A DNA stretch of 64,000 nt. It comes from Euprymna scolopes (Eukaryota). The stretch lies in the NCBI GenBank assembly GCA_053919585.1, contig CM132794.1. The stretch is one strand, 5' to 3'. Made by a program: the position numbers and the translations under genes. The notes beneath the pieces were generated by a model. It did not search any database, was not told where the DNA came from, and worked only from the letters and a program-made list of their open reading frames with translations. How positions within the stretch are numbered: the stretch's first letter is position 1; every line of letters starts with the position of its first letter. Shown here piece by piece: positions 47,156 to 62,890 of the stretch.

Positions 47156-49990
47156 CAAGGTGCTCACCATTTATCAAGGCCCGGAAGCCACTCGGGGATA
47201 AGGGTTATTTGCGTGTGCAGTACGTTAGTGTTGAGATTTGATAGAGTGTCTTACTTAAGGGGCGGTTCATCAGGAATTTGTTTATGTTGGACTTGAAGAC
47301 ATCCAGGTTGTAGTAAAGTGGGAAACAGGCAAACAGAACAGAGCTCCACAGGCGTTCATTTCCTAGAAAGAAGCTTTATTCATGGAATCTACGTTTTGGT
47401 TTTGGCACAGACAAAGAGTAGGGAAAATTACTTACAGAGGTTTCAGTTAGACGGGTGTATTTAGTGAAAGATTGGCGCGGGGTGACCAGAGATTGGAGCT
47501 CAGACGAGCACTTGCCATGGAAGTAACGATAAAACAAAGACAGGCTTGCAACGTCTCTCCTGTGGGAGAGAGGTTGCAGGGAAGAGAAAAGGGCATCCCC
47601 CACTAAGCCACGAAGCCTATTTTGTACTCTGTCAAGGCAGGATATGTTGTTTTTAGCAGCTCCTGCCCAGATGTGGCAGCAGTACTTCATCCTTGGACGT
47701 ACTTGGCTTTTATATAGATAGAGAATTGCATCAGCAGTGCGATATCCTCTGGGGCGGTAGAAGGATCCAACCATTTTTACAGCGACCTTGGCAACAGACT
47801 TGATGTACATGTTCCATTTCTGGTCAGGAGTAAAGGTCAAGCCCAGAAGTTTATTAAAACATGGGGGTTCTCTAGATGAGAGCAATCCATTTCAGTTGAT
47901 GCCAAATGGTGGATCAGAGCGTTGATGATGTAAAGATAGGAGCTTGGTTTTAGATGCATTAAAGGTAACCAATCACCTCTTCCCCCACTGTACCACGCGC
48001 TCGAGATCAGAGGAGAGAGAATCAGAGAGAACTTTGTCATTTACGGCCTTTGATGTGTTGCCATAGATGGTCGTGCCATCAGCATAGATGTCAACGAATG
48101 ATTTTAGTATGTGTTTTGGGAGATCATTGATGTAGATCAGGAAGAGAGTTGGGCCCAGAATGGACTCCTGAGGGACTCCAGCATTAATACTGAGGGCCAC
48201 TGATTTCTTCCAATCAACCACTACTCTTATGAGCCTATCAAAGAGAAATGATTTAATGATTGAGGAAACATTTCCAGTTATACCGTAGCTGGAAATCTTG
48301 TTAAGTAGGCCCTAATGCCATACCTTATCGAAGGCTTTTGATATGTCAAGAACAATTGCCCTAGAAAGGAAGCCTTTGCCAACAGATTCACTAATCCTAT
48401 GAGATATAGCCGTTAGAACATTTGCTGTAGATCTAGCAGAATGGAAACCATTACATGTCACTAAGAAGGTTATTTCTACGAGGTGGTTGACTACTTCTCT
48501 ATTTAATATGGATTCCAGCAACTTATTCATGGCACACAGAAGACTTCGGTCTGTACTGAGAGGGAGATGACTTATCACCTGAATTCTTACATACAGGTCA
48601 TGCTGATGAGGTTTTCCAGGGTGTTGGGAAGCACTTCTCCTTAAAGCAACGCTTAAACAGTTTTGTAAGTATGGGGGCAAGTTCTGGTTGAAGCTTTTTC
48701 ATCATATAATTGGAATGCCGTCAGGGCCAGTTGCTTTACTGGAATCAAGGTTCTTGATCAGATTGGCGACCTCACGCACATATATTTATATGTCGCATAG
48801 CGTGTTGTTTGTTATAGGGGAAAATACGGGTAGTTGATGGCCTTCGTCGCATGGGGTAGAATTAGTTGCAAAGTTCTTGGCAAATAGTTTGGCCTTGTCT
48901 GATGCTGACACGATGACCTTAGGTCCATTGATGATGGTTGGGATAGAACACACGCTTCTGTTTAGGATCCTGTTTGCTATTTGCCAGAACTGGTGGGGAC
49001 CAAGCCGTTGCTTAGCTACTTTGGATTTAACGGACTGAGCATATAGCTCTCTTGCATTTTTTATTACTCTTTTACAGTGGTTGCTGGCAGTCCTGAAAGC
49101 AGCTTTAGTCTCAGTACATCTATTACGTTGGTAGCTATGGAAAAAGTGATTTCTGTGCGCGATGGACGCAGCACATTCTCGGGAGAACCATGGCTGGCTG
49201 TTAGGTTTTTGTTGAAATATTTTGGATGGAATGAATCGGTCTATGCCTACAGTTAACGATTCGGTCAGGTCTGATACTATGGAGGACACATCCTTTTTAA
49301 ACATGGAATTCTGGGGTAAATCAGATATAAATGTACGGAAGCTATCCCAGTCAGTCGTAGAGTATCGATATACAGTACGTTGGAGAGGTACGTCTGAAGA
49401 CTTATTGCATTTCGTTTTTATCTTAACTGATATAACCGAGTGGTCGGAAGATCCCAGAGGAGACAGAACGGAACATGAACATAGCTCAGGTGAAGTTGTG
49501 AGAAAAAGGTCTAGAAAACTAACGTACTGACCGGAAGTATCGTGCACACGGGTGAACAATTTGGGTGAGGTCATAGGCAATGGCAAAATCATGACAGAAC
49601 CTCCCCATATCATCTGATTTGTTCGAATGGGTCAGCCATTCCACATTGTGGATATTGAAATCACGACAAATATGGATGTTAGCTGAAGGATGAGCAGACA
49701 GGATGTGGTCAATTTTCTCAGATATGCTCTTAAAGAGAGCAACTCCGCTGTTGTGGGGGCTATAGAGGACAAATATAAATACGGTGGTGTAAGCAAGTGC
49801 AACCCTTAAGCACATATAAGATAAATTAGAGTCTTCACTGGGGATATCCCTACTACACGAAAAGTCATCTTTAATGTAGGCACATATTCCATGCCCATGG
49901 CAATCTTGGGGGTCAGATTTAGATGTTAAGTTAGAGTATCCATTAATTATGAACTCGTCTAGGGAAGTGGTCGGCCCTATGCTAGTTCAT
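47151..49990 (-). mobile_element. CR1-clade LINE ORF2 pseudogene (APE endonuclease and reverse transcriptase), 5'-truncated
   Basis: DFNIHNVEWL, LDLFLT, GSSDH (APE); LDISKAFDKVWH, GVPQESILGPTLFLIYINDL, YADG (RT); LSHRRDVASLSLFYRY tail. Many frameshifts. Confidence 0.92.
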
Positions 49991-52362
49991 ATTTTAATGA
50001 AACCATCTCCAACATTAACTTCACATTGAGTTTTAGTACTATATCTGTTCTGTTGTCAGAAGATAATCCTCCTGAGCATTCCATCCGCATTTGGCGAGGG
50101 ATTAATGCATTATATATTTGTTCTTTATGATCTAATCTGCTCATGCATTAACATCATTAAATGTTACGAAAAGTTATTGATATTTTATTACTAAACAAAT
50201 TGCTTTATATCTAGATGATAGGAGTAAATATACGTGCATCCGGCTTGCTTCAATAATTACGTATTCAAATTAATTTTATGGGCTTCCAAAGGGGGTTTGA
50301 TTTTAGTTTTTATACTGACTAATGATAATAAAGAAATTAAATAATATCAATTGAAATGTATTGTAAGTTTTGCGAAAATTACCATTCACTCTCATTTTTA
50401 TCAAACCTATTGTATTAATTCCTAGGAGAGGCATATTCATTAAGATGTCCTCTTCACAGGTGGTAGCACGACAATTACTCATTCATTAATTTATTTTCTT
50501 TTTCTCCTCAACAAAGCCGATAACACTGATACATTTGTCACATCTTTTCCCAGCAGGACTCTCTGTGTTTGTTTATTCTGCAAATACAGTGTATACTTTT
50601 TTCCCATGTTTATTTCTTAAAATAATGATCCCTCTCTCCACAAATTCCGAGCAATTTCATTGACTGTACCCTTGCGTTTTTCGGATTACGGGAATATCCG
50701 TTTTCGGTATTTTTCGAACGGTTTAAACCTAAACAAGATAACATCAGTTAACAAACTAAACGAATTTGGCCATTTCTTTCCGGCTGACTAACTAGGCCTC
50801 TTTGTCTTCAGCTTCATATTAGACGATCAACACTCAGTTGCTCATAAGAAAACACCTGCTAACATCCCTTCATATGTTTTCATTCTTTGCATAACCTTTG
50901 TTTACAATTGTAAATAGATAGTGAGACACGAACGTATTTGTGCTGATTATTGCCTATTGTACAAATCTGCTTCGGCGAGTGACTCAGGAAATGAAGCACT
51001 TCGGACACACTGACAACAAATAAGAAACTTTTAGCATTTTGCACATTAAATCGACTTTACACAGTATCTCTTACTTATACGATTTAATACTTTTTCCCTT
51101 TCAACGTACCCAGCTTAAGCATATTAAGAACAGATTAGTATACAATACCGTAATTGTTTCACCACGGCCCGTACTATATATGAGTATACTGTAAGATGCT
51201 CGAATTAAGAATCTTTACTTCATAATCACGTTTAGCTTGACAGTTCAAGGCTTCAAATTCAATTAAAACTAAAAACATAAACACTGGTTTCAACAATTTT
51301 TGCACAATACAATATCTTTTTTAATTTCATGATCGTCGCAGCGACTTCCAACTTTACGAGAATTTGAAGACGTCCAACTTTTGAGTCAAAAATAACTTCT
51401 ACGTGAAATAAAATTCTTATTTACACATTTCATGTGTTTCATATTTCCTAATCTAACTTTCGGAAAGAGTTTCACTTTCCCAGTTTTTCGTTCTTCTTGT
51501 ATTTGTAGTATTAGTGATACTATTAATAGCATACGTATTAGTAGTATTTTTTACTCCATTGATTCTATTAATAGAATTCTCTTAATTATGGTTACACTTA
51601 TTCAAATAATTATTGTCTTAGTGTCTTAGAGACGCCACGATACGAAAATGAAATAAGGCGAAACACGTTATCAAAGCAGTGTATTTCAAAAACCCACGAA
51701 TCACTTATCGGCTTGTTCTTTTCATAGTGGTTGGGCGAAACTAAATCGTCACTTTGGCGTAAGATGGGTGTAGTTCATTGGTAGACTTGATTTGTAATCG
51801 AAATGTAATGTAATGAAATGCAATCGAAATGTAATTCCGAGTTCTCTTTTCACCGCAGATAGGCCATACTCATACGCTCGTGCGTTCTGCGCATGCTCAA
51901 CACAGTTTCTATTCCAGTTCATTACGAATCACTTCATCTAAACAAAAAATATTTATATCATTCTTTAAGGATTTCTTCTTCAATGCATGCACACCAGAAT
52001 CAATGGTTTAAGGATTGTTAGAAATATATCCTCGTAAACTTTCATTACTCATTTCTTTTCTTTATTGAAGTGACTCCATGCACATATGTAAACTTTTTAA
52101 ATCGTTAACTTAGTACGTGCTTTTCAATATAAATGTTTATAGTTCTACGGTTGCTTAAATATTTCTTCATAAACATTTCTGTTTCCATTATATTTTTTTA
52201 TCCGTTAATTAACATGATTTTCATGATTTCTTTTTATTGGTGAGTACCTCAATTACCAATTCAGAAAACAAAACGAAATGAGCTCAGTCATCGATAATGC
52301 GCTACATAATTATAATTTCATTTGTTTTTTCAACGAATTTGGTCTGGCTTTGTGTTATGTTT

Positions 52363-52401
<39 letters not shown>

Positions 52402-53094
52402 GTGTGTGAGATAGGGTTTATTAATGAATAATAAAAAAACTTAGATTAAAATAGACACAACGTTTCTTATTTATGTTAATCCGATACGACAATTTTAATA
52501 CTATGATGTTATCGTCCAAATAAATGAAAACATTGTCTTTGATGCTTATGTATAATCAGCGCATATATTTGCATTCGATAAATATGACACATGTTCTGCA
52601 TAGAATCTATGTCATAACTCTCACAAAAATGATTTTATTCATTTCTGATGATCAAATGAATGGATTTCGAATGTAAGCTTATGGCACTTGCCACAATCAG
52701 CAAGACTGCAAAACTGTTATACGGCTCGTTGTGGGTGACGTAATATAAAAACATACTAGAAAAATGGTTTAAGTACCCAAAATAATAATTAGTAACTAAA
52801 TGCGTCTCTTCATAGGGCGTAAAAGTAAAAAAAACATATTGGTTTATCTGTGTTGAGGGAAAACGTATTAACAATAATTTCTCATTAAAAAGAGGAATTA
52901 GTATACTGATGTGTAGTTTAATAAGGCGGAAAAACAATAAGATTATATCAGCAAATAGGGGCTTGAAACCAAAAAGTGACTACATGAAATGTTTAATATA
53001 TCATTTTTGATAAGGATACAAATCAATTTCCAATAATAAGTGAAATTATTTTAAAATGTATGACAAATTATGCATTTTAGTACAATGTTTCTCA

Positions 53095-54660
53095 AGTGCA
53101 TGATATCATAAAAAATGTAGACACCTCAAAAGCATGTGGATCTGATCTCATCTCGGCGGTAATAATAAAACAATGTTCCGCTGAAGTTGCTCCAAACTTT
53201 ACAACAAATGCCTTACCGAGCCTTGCTTTCCTTACAGCTGGAAAACTGCTTCTGTTATACCAGTTTACAAGAAAATTGGCGAAAGAACCGAACCATTAAG
53301 TAATCGCCCCATTAGCTTTCTCCCTCTTTTCGCCAAAACATTTGAGTCAATTATTAATAAAGCTATAGTCCACGACCTTACAGTTGCTAAACTTCTGTCC
53401 GACCAACAATATGGATTTAGGCAAGCCTGTTCTACTGCAGATATCCTAACTGTAATCTCTGAATGTATATATAATTCACTGGATAAAGCAGGGAAAGGTG
53501 GTGCAGAAGCCCTAGATATATCTAAGGCTTTTGACAGGGTATGGCACGATGGTCTTCTCATGAAAAGCAAATCATATGGTATTACTGGATGAAAACTTAG
53601 CATAATTAAATCCTTCTTAAATAAGAGAGGAATCAAAGTTGTCCTCTAGTGTATACGTCAAAACAATATAATATAAATGCAGGTGTATCCTAGCGGTCAA
53701 TCTTTGGACCTTTAATATTCTTAATATTCATAAATGACCCCTGATAAAATTTCTCTGAGATGGGTATATTTGCTGATGACACCACGCTCTATAATAGGCA
53801 CGAGGGGAAAACAAATGAACACATATCACATGCAATGGCGGAAGCCCTAGAGGAAGATCTCTAGTCTGTAGTGAAATAGGGACAAAAATAGATGGTAACA
53901 TTCAATGCTGCAAAAACTAAAACTAAGCTCGTTTACTTTAATAATTACAAGAAACCTTCTTAATTACTAATAGCTATGGCTAGAGATACATTACCTGAAA
54001 GTACTTCGTTCAAATTTCTCGGCTTAACATTCACAAGGAACATGAGCTGGAACAGATGCATCCGGAGATTTGCCGCAACTATTGCGAGGAAGGTGGGTTC
54101 TCTTTACCGTGCTAGAAAGTTACTTACTCCTGAAAGTATCCTGTACTTCTACAAGGTCACTATTCACCCATGTATGAAGATTGTTGTCACATTTAGGCTG
54201 GTGCATCTGCTACTAATCTCTCACTCCTTGAAGGGTTCCAAAGAGAATTTTGAGCAATGGTTCTTCATCTTTGGGTCGGAAATTTAGGGTAACTGTCAGC
54301 TAGGCTTCAGCCTCTGTCCCATCGATGAAATGTTGCATCCCTCTACCTATTTTACAAGTATTTTAATGGTAAATATTCGAACGAACTAAAAGCTCTTGTA
54401 CCCCCTCGACGTAAATACCACTGACAAGCAGCAAAATCCCACCCCTACACAGTAGAGATTCCTAGATGCCAGAAAGCATTCTACTTTAATATTTTCTCCC
54501 CCAGAACTGCTACATTTTAGAGTTCCCTTCCGGGTTCCTGCTTCCCCAACTGTACTGGCATACAAAAGTTCCAGTGTAATGGGAACAGACATCTTGCTGC
54601 TCAATTCCCTACATAGTATCCCTGCAACTTATGTCCCTGATAGTAGTCCCCTACACCAAA
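53095..54660 (+). mobile_element. Second CR1-clade LINE remnant (RT and C-terminus)
   Basis: KACGSD, RPISFLPLFAKTFE, QYGFRQ, LDISKAFDRVWH, FADDT, FKFLGLTF. Multiple stops. Confidence 0.88.
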
Positions 54661-56890
54661 GTGTCACCATAGAGTGCTCCTAACTGAAATTATCTGTCTT
54701 CAACTGACATCTACTGGCATCCACTGGAATCCACTGGCTGCCACTAGATGCCTGTGGCAGGAAGTGATGACCAGTGGCTGTCAGTGCTGTATTGAGGCGA
54801 ATACAGATAAATGCGAAACTTGCGGTTAAATGTTTTAATATTTTGAAAATCTGTGCTATTAGTATAATTTGTATAGTTCATGTGCGTAAACATTTTCTTT
54901 TTATCTTAAAATAGTTAAAGCCACGAAACCAATTGCGCAAATAAAGAAAACACTTAAACATGGCTGCCAGCGATTACTAGCAAACACACGGGACTCTGGT
55001 TCGCTATGGAGAATATGCTTCCTCTTTGCTGAATACTAATAAAAGCAATAAATAATAAATGTAGCAATATTAAGAGTAACACAAATAACAACAATGATAA
55101 TAAAATCAATAGTAATAAGAGTAATAGCATTAAAAGTAGTTCGTCAATGTCGGGGCCTAATACGGTAATGTATGGGTGAATACAAATTATATAACAAATA
55201 CAGTAAATATGAAAAATAAGAGCAACAATAAGAATAAGAGAAAGAATAATGCTACGATATTTGTTATATGAATTTATCGAATAGCCATCAAAAGTAGATT
55301 TAGGTATCCAAGTAACAACAGAACAGAAAATGAAATTGTTCGTAATAATAGAATCAATAAGAATAACATAGAAAGTATAAATATTAATAACCCAAATACA
55401 ATAGCAATAGTAGTAATAGTCGTAATATTATTTAGCAATGTAAGAGCTGGAAGCCGAAACGCTGACAAAATTCTGTTACAATGGTCTGTCTGATAAGGAA
55501 AACAATCTAGAAAAGAAAACGTAATATGTTGCTAGTCTGGGCTTCTATATATGTGACTGCTCCCCGTGTCAGTGGGCTATGTACGACTAAGTTTTAAAAA
55601 ATACCCTCTAATTTCATGGTTTGTGGGGGGAGTAAATCAAAAAAGGGGGAAATGTTTGCTACTAACGACGTGGAATTACGTCGCTTCGAGAGTGAGGCAA
55701 GGAGGGACAATAATAAAGACGAAACGTGTGTATTTTAGCCCGAGAACACACATCAGTATTAACTTTAAATCATAAGTGCAAAATATGTGCATAGGAATAA
55801 TCTGTTAGGTTTTTTATAGGTTTCATAGGTAGAAAGAAAAATGCCATTTTGTAATATATATAGATAATCAAATGTAAGTGTTTGGTATAATTTATATGTA
55901 ATGTTTCTGCTATGTATGTTTTACTCAGAATAACAATGCTTTGATCCATAAAAATATAAATCAGATTTATCGTGTTGGCAGAGTTAAAGTGAAATAGTGG
56001 GACTTGAACGTATGTGTTGCTTGACGATAAGCGTACTGTTGAACTGTTTAATACTTGTGATTCTGCCGATCACCTAAATTTCACTTAAATAGATACGATT
56101 TTCATGATAGAGAAAACAAATATGAAAATCATTGTTGTAATCTACATAATGTAAGCAGGGTTTGTGCCAGTCTGTCTATTTGTTTATAGAAATACAGACT
56201 GGGAGTGCACCTTAAATATAATGGTTTATACACATGTAAAACAATTCTGAGACTATGTAAAACTTTTCTGGAAGCAAACTGTTAGTGGTGAAATCTATTC
56301 TCAGCGACCGATATTGAAGGAAGAGTAGCAGTAAGCTCAATTAAATTTTATTACATTAGTGAATATATCTAAAAATAGATAGTGCTAAAAATGGTATACA
56401 GACGCACATGCACAATCATACAGTTAGGAATGCTTCCGCGTACGCGCACAAACACATAGGCACGCATCCGCAGACACAAAATGACATATATAAAAAAAAT
56501 GGAATATGAAGTTTTATTAAAGGTTAACCAAGTTAAATAAATATGCATAAGTAAACGAAGGGGCAAATGGAAAGAAGAAAGTAGAATAGTTTCGGGCGAA
56601 AATTTAAAAATAATTACGGAATATTTTTAGTTTAGTAATGTCCCTGAAGCTACGAAACTAAGACGCCAGATTTTCGCTATCTCTACCACAAGATACGTCA
56701 TGTAACATTTCTGCCCCGACCATTAAATTTTAACACCACCGATGAAATGTTATGAAAAATATGTCGCTGTTGAATATAATAATGTTTTCGAAAAGAGAAA
56801 AAAATCGATTTTTTATATTTTAATGATAAAAACAATCGTATAATCGGCAATCGTTTACATACCGGTTAATTGACACCGTTTTTGTTTTGG

Positions 56891-59800
56891 TTAATTTATG
56901 AGGGTGATATCTGATCAACATTTTATTTATGAGGATGATATCTGATCAACATTTTATTTATGAGGATGATATCTGATAAACATTTTATTTATGAGGATGA
57001 TATCTGATAAACATTTTATTTATGAGGATGATATCTGATAAACATTTTATTTATGAGGATGATATCTGATAAACATTTAATTTATGAGGATGATATCTGA
57101 TCAACATTTTATTTATGAGGATGATATCTGATAAACATTTAATTTATGAGGATGATATCTGATAAACATTTAATTTATGAGGGTGATATCTGATCAACAT
57201 TTAATTTATGAGGATGATATCTGATAAACATTTAATTTATGAGGATGATATCTGATAAACATTTTATTTATGAGGGTGATATCTGATCAACATTTTATTT
57301 ATGAGGATGATATCTGATAAACATTTTATTTATGAGGGTGATATCTGATCAATATTTTATTTATGAGGATGATATCTGATCAACATTTTATTTATGAGGA
57401 TGATATCTGATAAACATTTTATTTATGAGGATGATATCTGATCAACATTTTATTTATGAGGGTGATATCTGATAAACATTTTATTTATGAGGATGATATC
57501 TGATCAACATTTTATTTATGAGGATGATATCTGATCAACATTTTATTTATGAGGATGATATCTGATCAACATTTTATTTATGAGGATGATATCTGATAAA
57601 CATTTAATTTATGAGGATGATATCTGATAAACATTTTATTTATGAGGATGATATCTGATCAACATTTTATTTATGAGGATGATATCTGATAAACATTTTA
57701 TTTATGAGGATGATATCTGATAAACATTTTATTTATGAGGATGATATCTGATAAACATTTTATTTATGAGGATGATATCTGATCAACATTTTATTTATGA
57801 GGATGATATCTGATAAACATTTTATTTATGAGGATGATATCTGATAAACATTTTATTTATGAGGATGATATCTGATAAACATTTTATTTATGAGGGTGAT
57901 ATCTGATCAACATTTTATTTATGAGGATGATATCTGATCAACATTTTATTTATGAGGATGATATCTGATAAACATTTTATTTATGAGGGTGATATCTGAT
58001 AAACATTTTATTTATGAGGATGATATCTGATAAACATTTTATTTATGAGGATGATATCTGATCAACATTTTATTTATGAGGATGATATCTGATAAACATT
58101 TTATTTATGAGGATGATATCTGATAAACATTTTATTTATGAGGATGATATCTGATCAACATTTTATTTATGAGGATGATATCTGATCAACATTTTATTTA
58201 TGAGGATGATATCTGATAAACATTTAATTTATGAGGATGATATCTGATCAACATTTAATTTATGAGGATGATATCTGATAAACATTTTATTTATGAGGAT
58301 GATATCTGATAAACATTTTATTTATGAGGATGATATCTGATCAACATTTTATTTATGAGGATGATATCTGATCAACATTTAATTTATGAGGATGATATCT
58401 GATCAACATTTTATTTATGAGGATGATATCTGATAAACATTTTATTTATGAGGATGATATCTGATAAACATTTTATTTATGAGGATGATATCTGATCAAC
58501 ATTTAATTTATGAGGATGATATCTGATCAACATTTTATTTATGAGGATGATATCTGATCAACATTTTATTTATGTGGATGATATCTGATCAACATTTTAT
58601 TTATGAGGATGATATCTGATCAACATTTAATTTATGAGGATGATATCTGATAAACATTTTATTTATGAGGATGATATCTGATCAACATTTTATTTATGAG
58701 GATGATATCTGATAAACATTTTATTTATGAGGATGATATCTGATCAACATTTTATTTATGAGGATGATATCTGATCAACATTTAATTTATGAGGATGATA
58801 TCTGATAAACATTTTATTTATGAGGATGATATCTGATAAACATTTAATTTATGAGGATGATATCTGATAATCATTTAATTTATGAGGATGATATCTGATC
58901 AACATTTAATTTATGAGGATGATATCTGATCAACATTTTATTTATGAGGATGATATCTGATAAACATTTTATTTATGAGGATGATATCTGATCAACATTT
59001 TATGTATGAGGATGATATCTGATAAACATTTTATTTATGAGGATGATATCTGATAAACATTTTATTTATGAGGATGATATCTGATCAACATTTTATTTAT
59101 GAGGATGATATCTGATAAACATTTAATTTATGAGGATGATATCTGATAAACATTTTATTTATGAGGATGATATCTGATCAACATTTTATTTATGAGGATG
59201 ATATCTGATAAACATTTTATTTATGAGGATGATATCTGATAAACATTTTATTTATGAGGATGATATCTGATCAACATTTTATTTATGAGGATGATATCTG
59301 ATAAACATTTTATTTATGAGGATGATATCTGATAAACATTTAATTTATGAGGATGATATCTGATCAACATTTAATTTATGAGGATGATATCTGATCAACA
59401 TTTAATTTATGAGGATGATATCTGATAAACATTTTATTTATGAGGATGATATCTGATAAACATTTAATTTATGAGGATGATATCTGATCAACATTTAATT
59501 TATGAGGATGATATCTGATAAACATTTTATTTATGAGGATGATATCTGATAAACATTTTATTTATGAGGATGATATCTGATAAACATTTTATTTATGAGG
59601 ATGATATCTGATCAACATTTTATTTATGAGGATGATATCTGATAAACATTTTATTTATGAGGATGATATCTGATAAACATTTTATTTATGAGGATGATAT
59701 CTGATCAACATTTTATTTATGAGGATGATATCTGATAAACATTTTATTTATGAGGATGATATCTGATAGACATTTAATTTATGAGGATGATATCTGATCA

Positions 59801-60770
59801 ACATTTAATTTATGAGGATGATATCTGATCAACATTTTATTTATGAGGATGATATCTGATCAACATTTTATTTATGAGGATGATATCTGATAAACATTTT
59901 ATTTATGAGGATGATATCTGATCAACATTTTATTTATGAGGATGATATCTGATAAACATTTTATTTATGAGGATGATATCTGATAAACATTTTATTTATG
60001 AGGATGATATCTGATCAACATTTTATTTATGAGGATGATATCTGATCAACATTTTATTTATGAGGATGATATCTGATAAACATTTTATTTATGAGGATGA
60101 TATCTGATAAACATTTAATTTATGAGGATGATATCTGATAAACATTTTATTTATGAGGATGATATCTGATAAACATTTTATTTATGAGGATGATATCTGA
60201 TAAACATTTTATTTATGAGGATGATATCTGATAAACATTTTATTTATGAGGATGATATCTGATAAACATTTTATTTATGAGGATGATATCTGATAAACAT
60301 TTAATTTATGAGGATGATATCTGATAAACATTTTATTTATGAGGATGATATCTGATAAACATTTAATTTATGAGGATGATATCTGATAAACATTTTATTT
60401 ATGAGGATGATATCTGATCAACATTTTATTTATGAGGATGATATCTGATAAACATTTTATTTATGAGGATGATATCTGATAAACATTTTATTTATGAGGA
60501 TGATATCTGATAAACATTTTATTTATGAGGATGATATCTGATAAACATTTAATTTATGAGGATGATATCTGATAAACATTTTATTTATGAGGATGATATC
60601 TGATAAACATTTTATTTATGAGGATGATATCTGATAAACATTTTATTTATGAGGATGATATCTGATAAACATTTTATTTATGAGGATGATATCTGATAAA
60701 CATTTTATTTATGAGGATGATATCTGATAAACATTTTATTTATGAGGATGATATCTGATAAACATTTTAT
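56891..60770. repeat. 31-bp minisatellite, ~125 copies: TTATGAGG(A/G)TGATATCTGAT(A/C)AACATTT(T/A)AT
   Basis: Uninterrupted 31-bp period over 3880 bp with three recurrent variable sites. Confidence 0.98.
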
Positions 60771-61316
60771 ACTATTATTACTATTACTCATAAGGAGTTT
60801 TTACACAGGACATCATCAAATATTTTTGTTTGAGAACAGCCTGTGATGTTTCCTAGAGTCTGAGTGATAATAAGTCTCTCCAGAATTTTACCAATGATTT
60901 CTCCTTGGCAGTGACCTGGAATTCGGATGGCAATAAGCCTCCCCAAAGGCCCAGCCCTCTTCACATTCATTCACTGGAAATCTGGTTAGTGCTTTCTGTC
61001 CTGCTCTACCTTCTTCGAATATTTGGTTCGGTGCCAAGTGCTGCCGACACTTTTTGGGATGAGTGGGTAACTTACAATTATGCAGTTTCAGTTTCCTTGA
61101 TTCCGTGTGAGTTTTCTTTGTGTTTCACTTCTGTAACGGTTTCTATGTGTCCGGCTCATGTCTGTAATTCATGTGCATTGGTCTCCGCATTCAAAGGCTT
61201 TTCTTTAATATTTCTGTCGTTTTCATTATTGTCATTCGTTGTATCTTCTCGGCCATCATGTAACGTGGCTGTTACGCTCAAACAGTGTTCGTTACAGTTC
61301 ACGCCGTCTGCTACCG

Positions 61317-61789
61317 TCAAAAAGGAACAAGTAAACAAAAATAAATAAATCCAACTCGGCTGCTTTATGTTTTATCAAAAGGTATTTATTACAATCATTT
61401 TCCAAACAATTCCTGCTTCTTGTTTTTTTTTAAGTGTTCATTTTGTCTGACATGAGATACACAAACCGCCGCCGTCTCGACACTAGATTTAAAGTCTCTC
61501 GTTGTCATCACAGGGCCACACGTCCATCTCGATCGATTTGCGATTTTCTTTCTGCTCGACCTCATGCTGGCATTGGGCAACCATTTCTCACTTCTGTTTT
61601 TACACGTCCATCTTCTCCAGCGCGGACTTTGCCTCTCTTTGCCGACTACGCGCTGTCCTTTTTTCTTTTTTTCTTGTTACGCCAGCCTGCAGACACTTCT
61701 TAATTTGCATATATGCTTTTTGCTTACTGCTACTTCGAGCTTAAATTGCCGCTGATATTTTCCAACGCGCTCATGCGCGCTCTGTTACA
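61317..61789 (-). mobile_element. Probable LTR followed by a PBS-like sequence and decayed internal region (to ~60790)
   Basis: Minus strand starts TGTAACA at 61789. CGGTAGCAGA (PBS-like) at ~61307-61316. No partner LTR seen. Confidence 0.35.
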
Positions 61790-62489
61790 AAATTTTTGAT
61801 TCCAATTTCTCCCATTCTTTTTTTTCCAAACTTTTTTCTCGGAATTGTTCCTAGCGCTCCCACAATTATTGGTCTAATCTTGATTTTATCATCTGCTATA
61901 TTACCTTTAATTCCCCGACTAATTCCGTGTATTTGCTCCACTTCTCTGTATCCTTTGTATTAAATATGTTGTTTGCTGGAACAGGTAAATCTACGATCTG
62001 GCAGGACTATTTCTTCTTGTTAACAATTATGAAATACGATGAGTAGGTTTATCTGTTTATACCTCCCTGTTCAAGAGAGTTTTATATATTTTAATTTTCA
62101 ACTACATCTGCCTGTTTGTGTTTGTACTATTCGTCTGAGTATTCAAGATGCAGTTGTTTGTATACTGCTGTCTCAACTTGATTATGCCTATTCTTATAAT
62201 CTTTGTGGGCATGTTTGCTGCATTCGCTTATTGTGGTCTTATTGTTTCATCTCTTTATCCACAGAGTCAATATTTGCTGTTTTCTTGAGTTTTGTCGATC
62301 GTTGCGTTGATAGAGTTAGTACTAATTGCGTAATTTTGTGCGACTGTTAAGAGGAATGCAGTTTCTATGTTTAGATTTCCTTTTCGTAACCATGTCCAAG
62401 TGTTTTCGGTAGTCTCATATTTTATCAGCCTTATGAATTGTCTGTCTAATTGTTTCTCTTTTCATTTTTTCAAATTTTTTAAAATCCAT

Positions 62490-62890
62490 CTCTTTACAGT
62501 GAATTTCGAGTGGAAAAACGCGTGTATGCGACCAGAAAAAAACGCTTGTCCTTCAAAGCTTTAGAAATATGTACCAAATCGTGAAGGTGACGGCAAAAAA
62601 AAATAGTTGTGCATGGCGTGGTTCGATCAACAGAGGCTCCATAGAAGTAGAGACAAACCGTTTGGATGAGAAGAAGAGAAATTGCACACCTTGAAGTCAA
62701 GGACAGTGAGTACTTCAACGACGGCTTATGCCCATTAGTGCTCCACATGTGGACGATACTTTCAAGTCCGCATTGGCCTGACAAGTCATATGCGGACCGA
62801 CAAAACCCAGTCAACTACAAACCAGTAATGTTCGTAATCTTCTTAGACAACAATGGACAAATATCGATGCATACAAAATCTGGATAAATT
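62490..62890 (+). mobile_element. RTE-like LINE 3' remnant
   Basis: AWRGSINRGSIEVETNRLDEKKR followed by a C2H2 tail CSTCGRYFQVRIGLTSHMRT. Confidence 0.65.

Noticed and set aside
56891-60770. CRISPR-like appearance of the 31-bp repeat
   Set aside because: Units are contiguous with no unique spacers, there are no cas genes, and the context is eukaryotic.
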